This document shows positions 59,003 to 64,000 of a DNA stretch of 64,000 nucleotides, piece after piece. The notes beneath the pieces were generated by a model. It was not told the DNA's origin. It ran no database searches and saw only the letters and a list, made by a program, of their open reading frames with translations. How positions within the stretch are numbered: the first letter of the stretch is position 1; every line of letters starts with the position of its first letter. The stretch is from an uncultured Candidatus Rokubacteria bacterium (lineage in GTDB: Bacteria; Methylomirabilota; Methylomirabilia; Rokubacteriales; CSP1-6), in assembly GCA_963758635.1 (NCBI GenBank), contig CAVWWD010000005.1, forward strand, positions 160,001-224,000, written 5' to 3'. The position numbers were made by a program, and so were the translations under genes.

Positions 59003-59026
59003 AGAGCCGAACGTACTGAGAGCCAA

Positions 59027-59962
59027 ATGACCCGCCCACCCCTCCTCGCGATCGTCGGCCCCACCGCCACGGGCAAGACCGCGCTGGCCGTCCGCCTCGC
59101 CGCGCGCCTGCCGATCGAGGCGATCAACGCCGACTCGCGCCAGGTCTACCGCGGCATGGACGTCGGCACGGGCAAGCCCACGGCGGCGGAGCGGGCGGCC
59201 CTCCGGCACCACCTGATCGACATCGTCGATCCCGACGGGACGTTCAACGTGGCCCGCCTGCGCGCCGAGGCGCTGGCCGTCATCGCCGACATCCACGCGC
59301 GCGGCCGCCTGCCCGTGCTCGTCGGCGGCACCGGCCTCTACGTGCGCGCGCTCCTCAAGGGGCTCCAGCCGGCCCCCCCGGCCGACCGCGCCCTGCGCGC
59401 GGAGCTCGAGGCGCTGGCGCGCGAGCGGGGCGCCGCCGCGCTCCACGCGCGGCTGGCCGGGGTGGCGCCGGCGGCGGCGGCGCGCCTGCACCCGAACGAC
59501 CGCGTGCGGCTGATCCGCGCCATCGAGGTGGCGGGGGCGGACGCGGGCGAGCCGGCCCCGTCGTGGGCCGACGCCACGCCGCCCTTCCGGTCGCTGGTGG
59601 TCGGGCTCACGCTGCCGCGGCCCCTCCTCGCCCGGCGCATCGCCGATCGCGTGCGGGCCATGGTGGCCGGTGGCATGATGGAAGAAGTGCAACGGCTCCG
59701 CGCCGCCGGCCATCAACCGTCGCTGCCCGCCATGAGCGGCATCGGCTACCGCCAGTTCTCGTCCGTCCTGGACGGCACGATGACGGAGGCCGAGGCCGTC
59801 CGCCAGATGATCCGCGACACCACACGCTACGCGCGCCGGCAGATGACGTGGTTCGCGCGCGATCCCGAGATCCGCTGGATCAACGTCGAGGCCGCGGGAG
59901 GGATCGAGGGCGCGGCCCAACAGGTGCTCGAGATGGTCACCAAGGAGGGGCTCACCCAGTGA
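59027..59962 (+). CDS. miaA: tRNA dimethylallyltransferase MiaA
   Basis: GPTATGKT, NADSRQVYRGMDVGTGKP, VGGTGLY, HPND..R..RAIEV, YARRQMTWF. Confidence 0.97.
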   Translation: MTRPPLLAIVGPTATGKTALAVRLAARLPIEAINADSRQVYRGMDVGTGKPTAAERAALRHHLIDIVDPDGTFNVARLRAEALAVIADIHARGRLPVLVGGTGLYVRALLKGLQPAPPADRALRAELEALARERGAAALHARLAGVAPAAAARLHPNDRVRLIRAIEVAGADAGEPAPSWADATPPFRSLVVGLTLPRPLLARRIADRVRAMVAGGMMEEVQRLRAAGHQPSLPAMSGIGYRQFSSVLDGTMTEAEAVRQMIRDTTRYARRQMTWFARDPEIRWINVEAAGGIEGAAQQVLEMVTKEGLTQ

Positions 59963-61212
59963 ATGCTCGCGAACGGGCGCTGCTGGCGGCCGTGCGGCTG
60001 CCGACCCAGAAACGGTTCGAGGTGGAGGAGTCGCTGGACGAGCTGGCGCGGCTCGCGGAGTCGGCGGGCGCCCAGGTGGTCGGGCGCGTCACCCAGGAGC
60101 GCAAGGCGCCCACGCCAGGCCTCTACTTCGGCAAGGGCAAGGTCGACGAGCTCAAGGGTTTCTCGCAGCGCGAGGGCGCCAACCTGATGATCTCCGACGA
60201 CGCGCTGTCGCCCATCCAGGAGCGCAACCTGGGCGGCTCGCTCGGCATGAAGGTGATCGACCGCACCGCGCTGATCCTCGACATCTTCGCCCAGCGCGCG
60301 CGCACGATGGAGGGCAAGCTGCAGGTGGAGCTGGCGCAGCTCTCCTATCTCCTGCCGCGGCTCGTCGGCCAGTGGCGCCACCTCGAGCGCCTCGGCGGCG
60401 GCATCGGGACCCGGGGCCCGGGCGAGACCCAGCTCGAGTCGGATCGGCGGATCATCCGGCACCGCATCCAGAAGCTCCGCGACGAGCTGGCGCGTGTGCG
60501 CGTGCACCGCCGGCTCGTGCGCGATCGGCGCAAGGCCACCGGCTACCCGGTCGTCGCGCTGGTCGGCTACACGAACGCCGGAAAGACCACGCTCCTGAAC
60601 CGCCTTACCGGCTCCGACCGGACGGCGGCGGATCGGCTGTTCGTCACGCTCGACCCCGCGGCGCGCATGGTCGCCGCCGGCCCGCACGCGCCGTTCATCC
60701 TCACCGACACCGTGGGCTTCATCCGGAAGCTGCCGACCCAGCTCGTGGCCGCGTTCAAGGCCACGCTCGAGGAGCTCACGGAGGCCGACGTGCTCGTGCA
60801 CGTGGTCGACGCGAGCCACCCCGGGCTCGACGAGCAGATGGCCGCGGTGGAGGCGCTCCTCGCCGAGCTCGGCCTCGCCGATCGGCCCACGATCATCGCG
60901 CTCAACAAGACGGACCTCACGGAAGGCGGACCCGCCCTCGAGCGGCTCGTGGACCACTGCCAGGGCGTGGCGGTGTCGGCGCGCACGGGGCAGGGGATCG
61001 AGGACCTACTCGACCGGATCGAGCACACGCTCAGGCCGCGCGTGTCGCGCGCGGCGCTGAAGATCCCGTACCAGGACGGCACCGCGCTCGCCCAGTGCTA
61101 CGAGCGCGGGCGCGTGATCTCGCGTCGCGACGAGGCCGACGGCATCCGGATCGAGGTCGAGCTGCCCCAGCGGTTCTTGAGGCCGCTCGCGCCGTACCTC
61201 GAGCCGGCGTGA
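59959..61212 (+). CDS. hflX: Ribosome-associated GTPase HflX
   Basis: GKGKVDEL, LILDIFAQRA, GIGTRGPGETQLE.DRR, VGYTNAGKTT, DTVGFI, NKTD. Confidence 0.97.
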   Translation: MNARERALLAAVRLPTQKRFEVEESLDELARLAESAGAQVVGRVTQERKAPTPGLYFGKGKVDELKGFSQREGANLMISDDALSPIQERNLGGSLGMKVIDRTALILDIFAQRARTMEGKLQVELAQLSYLLPRLVGQWRHLERLGGGIGTRGPGETQLESDRRIIRHRIQKLRDELARVRVHRRLVRDRRKATGYPVVALVGYTNAGKTTLLNRLTGSDRTAADRLFVTLDPAARMVAAGPHAPFILTDTVGFIRKLPTQLVAAFKATLEELTEADVLVHVVDASHPGLDEQMAAVEALLAELGLADRPTIIALNKTDLTEGGPALERLVDHCQGVAVSARTGQGIEDLLDRIEHTLRPRVSRAALKIPYQDGTALAQCYERGRVISRRDEADGIRIEVELPQRFLRPLAPYLEPA

Positions 61213-61279
61213 CGCGACGCCGGACCGGCGCGCGGCCGCGGCCGGTCCGGCGCTTTCGAGGGGGGCGGCCCGGCCGGGG

Positions 61280-61288
61280 TGCTACAAT
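61280..61288 (+). promoter_or_regulatory. Candidate extended -10 promoter for pgsA
   Basis: TGcTACAAT in an otherwise extremely GC-rich gap. Confidence 0.5.
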
Positions 61289-61314
61289 CCCCCCGGTCAT
61301 TGTCGCGGTCGGTC

Positions 61315-61860
61315 ATGGGACTTCCGAACTGGCTCACGATCCTTCGGATCCTGCTCATCCCCTTCTTCGTCACCCTGCTGGTGTACCGGAAGGTGGAGGC
61401 GGCGCTGGTCGTGTTCTGCCTCGCGAGCCTCACCGACATGCTCGACGGCTACATCGCGCGGAGCCACGGGCGCCAGACGCGGCTCGGCGCCTTCCTGGAC
61501 CCGGTGGCCGACAAGCTCCTGCTCACCTCCGCCTTCGTCACGCTCACGTACCTCAAGATGGTGCCGTTCTGGATCACCGCCGTGGTGGTGAGCCGTGACC
61601 TCATCCTGAGCGTGGGCGTGCTCGTGATCCACGTCTCGGGCGGCACCATCCACCCTGCGCCGAGCTGGGTCGGCAAGGCGTCCACGGCGTTCCAGATGGC
61701 CACCGTCCTCGCCGCGATGCTGTTCACCCGGCACCTCGTGGAGGTGCCGCGCGTGTTCGCGTGGATCACCGCCCTCCTCACCATCGTCTCCGGGCTGCAG
61801 TACCTGATGCTGGGCCTGAAGCAGCTCAACCCGCCCGCGGGAGTGGAGCAGCGTGGCTGA
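61315..61860 (+). CDS. pgsA: CDP-alcohol phosphatidyltransferase (PgsA-like)
   Basis: LPNWLTILRI, TDMLDGYIAR..T.LGAFLDPVADKLL. Confidence 0.9.
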   Translation: MGLPNWLTILRILLIPFFVTLLVYRKVEAALVVFCLASLTDMLDGYIARSHGRQTRLGAFLDPVADKLLLTSAFVTLTYLKMVPFWITAVVVSRDLILSVGVLVIHVSGGTIHPAPSWVGKASTAFQMATVLAAMLFTRHLVEVPRVFAWITALLTIVSGLQYLMLGLKQLNPPAGVEQRG

Positions 61861-63214
61861 GCGGACCCGCGGCAAGGAGGCCCCGGGGGTCGTCGTGGCC
61901 CCCGGGGTGGTTGTCGCCGACGTCCGCCCCGACACCCCGGCGGCGCGCGCCGGGCTCCGGCCCGGCGACCGCATCGTGGCCATCAACGGGGCGGCGCTCC
62001 GCGACGCCATCGACTTCCATTTCCACGCGGGCGACGCGCGCCTCTCATTGGCCGTGGACCGCGACGGCGCGCCGGCCGCGCGCGTCCTCGACCGCGACGG
62101 GCCCGACCTCGGCCTCGAGCTTCGGCCGCCCACGCCGTCGGACATCGCCACCTGCGGGAACAAGTGCGTGTTCTGCTTCATCCACCAGCTGCCGCGCGGC
62201 ATGCGCAAGAGCCTCTACGTCAAGGACGACGACTTCCGGCTGTCGTTCCTGCACGGCAACTACATCACGTTGACCGACCTCGCGGAAGCGGACCTCGCTC
62301 GCATCGAGGAGCAGCGCCTGTCGCCGCTGTACGTGTCGGTGCACGCCACCGACCCCGAGCTGCGGCACCGGCTGCTCGGCGAGCCGCGGACGAAGCGCGA
62401 CCTGCTCCCGATCATGGAGCGCCTGGCCCGCGCGGGCATCCGCATGCACGCGCAGATCGTGCTCTGCCCGGACTGGAACGACGGCCCGCAGCTCGAGAGG
62501 TCGGTCGAGGACCTGGCGCGGCTCCATCCGTCGGTGACGACCACCGCGGTGGTGCCGGTGGGCCTCACGCGCCACCGCGAGCGGCTGCCGCGGCTCCGCA
62601 CGCTCACCGTGCCCGAGGCGGAGGCGCTGCTCGCCGCCGTCCACGGCTGGCAGCGGCGCTTCCGGGCCGCGCTCGGCACGCGGTTCGTGTTCGCCGCCGA
62701 CGAGGTCTACCTCCAGGTGGGCGCGCCGCTGCCGCCGGCGTCGGCCTACGAAGGGTTCCCCATCGCGGAGGACGGCATCGGGCTCGTCCGGCGCTTCGAG
62801 GACGCCTTTCCCCGCGCCCTCCGCCGGCTCCCCGGGGCCCTCGCGCGGGCGCGCGCGGTGACCGTCGTGAGCGGGGAGATGTTCGCGCCGCGCCTCGAGC
62901 GGCTGCTCTCGCCGCTGGCCGTGGACGGCCTCACCACGCGCGTCGTCCCCATCGCCAACGAGTGGTTCGGCCGCGGCATCCAGGTGGCGGGACTGCTCAC
63001 CGGACAGGACATCCAGACCCAGCTCGCCGGGCGCCCGCTCGGCGACGAGGTCCTGGTGCCCGAGGTGGCGCTGCGCGACGGCGCCGGCGTCTTCCTGGAC
63101 GACCTCGCGCCCGCCGACCTCGCGCGGTCGCTCGGCGTTCCCGTCAGCCCCGTCCCGCCCGAGCCCGCCGCGCTGCTCGCCGCCATCGTCGGCGAGCGCC
63201 GCGGCTGCCGCTGA
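61853..63214 (+). CDS. DUF512 protein with N-terminal PDZ domain and radical-SAM-like CxxxCxxC motif
   Basis: PAARAGLRPGDRIVAING (PDZ), CGNKCVFCFI.Q.P.G.RKSLYVKDDDFRLSFL.GNYITLT, VAGLLTGQD. Confidence 0.88.
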   Translation: MAERTRGKEAPGVVVAPGVVVADVRPDTPAARAGLRPGDRIVAINGAALRDAIDFHFHAGDARLSLAVDRDGAPAARVLDRDGPDLGLELRPPTPSDIATCGNKCVFCFIHQLPRGMRKSLYVKDDDFRLSFLHGNYITLTDLAEADLARIEEQRLSPLYVSVHATDPELRHRLLGEPRTKRDLLPIMERLARAGIRMHAQIVLCPDWNDGPQLERSVEDLARLHPSVTTTAVVPVGLTRHRERLPRLRTLTVPEAEALLAAVHGWQRRFRAALGTRFVFAADEVYLQVGAPLPPASAYEGFPIAEDGIGLVRRFEDAFPRALRRLPGALARARAVTVVSGEMFAPRLERLLSPLAVDGLTTRVVPIANEWFGRGIQVAGLLTGQDIQTQLAGRPLGDEVLVPEVALRDGAGVFLDDLAPADLARSLGVPVSPVPPEPAALLAAIVGERRGCR

Positions 63215-63250
63215 GGCGCCGCGAGGCGCGCGGAACGGCCGAGCGCGACC

Positions 63251-64000
63251 ATGATCCGCCCGATCATCGCCATCGTCGGCCGGCCCAACGTCGGCAAGTC
63301 CACACTGTTCAACCGGCTCGTGGGCCGCCGCCAGGCCCTCGTGCGCGACGTGCCCGGCGTGACGCGCGACCGCATCTACGGCACCGTCGCCTTCGAGCGC
63401 TGGCAGGCCACGGTGGTGGACACGGGCGGCTTCGAGCCCATACCCACCTCGGACGTGATGGCCGCGGTGCGCGGCCAGGTCTTCCACGCCATCGAGGAGG
63501 CCGACCTGATCGTGCTGGTGGTGGACGCGCGCGAGGGCGTGACCCCGGTGGAGGCGGAGATCGCCGCCATCCTCCGCAAGAGCCGGTGCCCGGTGCTGGT
63601 GGCCGCCAACAAGGTGGACGGCGCCGCCCAGGAGGCCGGGCTCGGCGAGTGCTATCGCCTCGGGTTCACCCCGGTGCTGCCCGTCTCCGCCGAGCACGGG
63701 CGTGGCGTCGCCGAGCTCCTCGAGGCGGTGCGCGAGCGGGCGCCGGCGCCCGTGATCGAGCCTGCGCCCCACGGCACCCGCGTCGCCATCGTCGGGCGGC
63801 CGAACGTCGGCAAGTCGTCCCTCGTCAACGCCGTGCTCGGCCACGACCGCGTGCTCGTGCACGAGGCGCCGGGAACGACGCGGGACGCGATCGACACGCC
63901 GCTCGTGTTCCGCGACCGGTCGTACGTCCTGATCGACACCGCGGGCATCCGCCGCAAGGGCCGCGTCTCCGAGGCGCTCGAGAAGCTCTCCGTGGTCATG
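63251..64000 (+). CDS. der: Ribosome biogenesis GTPase Der/EngA (3' end outside the window)
   Basis: Two G domains: AIVGRPNVGKSTLFN..PGVTRDR..DTGG..NKVD and AIVGRPNVGKSSL..GTTRDAID..DTAG. Confidence 0.97.
   Translation, partial: MIRPIIAIVGRPNVGKSTLFNRLVGRRQALVRDVPGVTRDRIYGTVAFERWQATVVDTGGFEPIPTSDVMAAVRGQVFHAIEEADLIVLVVDAREGVTPVEAEIAAILRKSRCPVLVAANKVDGAAQEAGLGECYRLGFTPVLPVSAEHGRGVAELLEAVRERAPAPVIEPAPHGTRVAIVGRPNVGKSSLVNAVLGHDRVLVHEAPGTTRDAIDTPLVFRDRSYVLIDTAGIRRKGRVSEALEKLSVVM

Overview
A very GC-rich bacterial core-genome segment from a diderm, LPS-making organism. GC content and gene order resemble Rokubacteria/Methylomirabilota-type genomes, but this is an unverified inference. I count 57 genes, all on the + strand and mostly coupled by overlapping stop/start codons: secA-smc-rodZ-ftsY-ribD/E/BA/H-nusB-phosphoesterase-lnt-prfB-lysS-lolE/D-clpC-bamA-skp, then a lipid A/LPS core cluster (lpxD, lpxA, gnnA-like, lpxI, shortened lpxB, DUF374, waaA, lpxK, waaF, five GT4, gmhB, split hldE, waaC, GT2), then trpS-scpAB-rluB-pheA-hisC-tyrA-cmk-plsC-rpsA-sppA-ihfB-HIT-mutS-mutL-miaA-hflX-pgsA-DUF512-der. 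Positions ~3.8-16.2 kb carry many indels in essential genes, most likely long-read consensus errors. I saw no rRNA, tRNA, CRISPR array, transposase or phage gene. Most unusual features: (1) a 159-bp inverted-repeat-bounded, two-unit element that sits inside the apparent mutL stop codon and carries SD-preceded micro-ORFs (METLWNQPPTR); (2) an lpxB with an in-frame loss of almost its whole N-terminal domain; (3) four isolated +1 indels that all hit the palindrome GACGTC, a possible methylation footprint; (4) an Fe-S-type TrpRS, a probable CTG start for sppA, and a duplicated rluB start.
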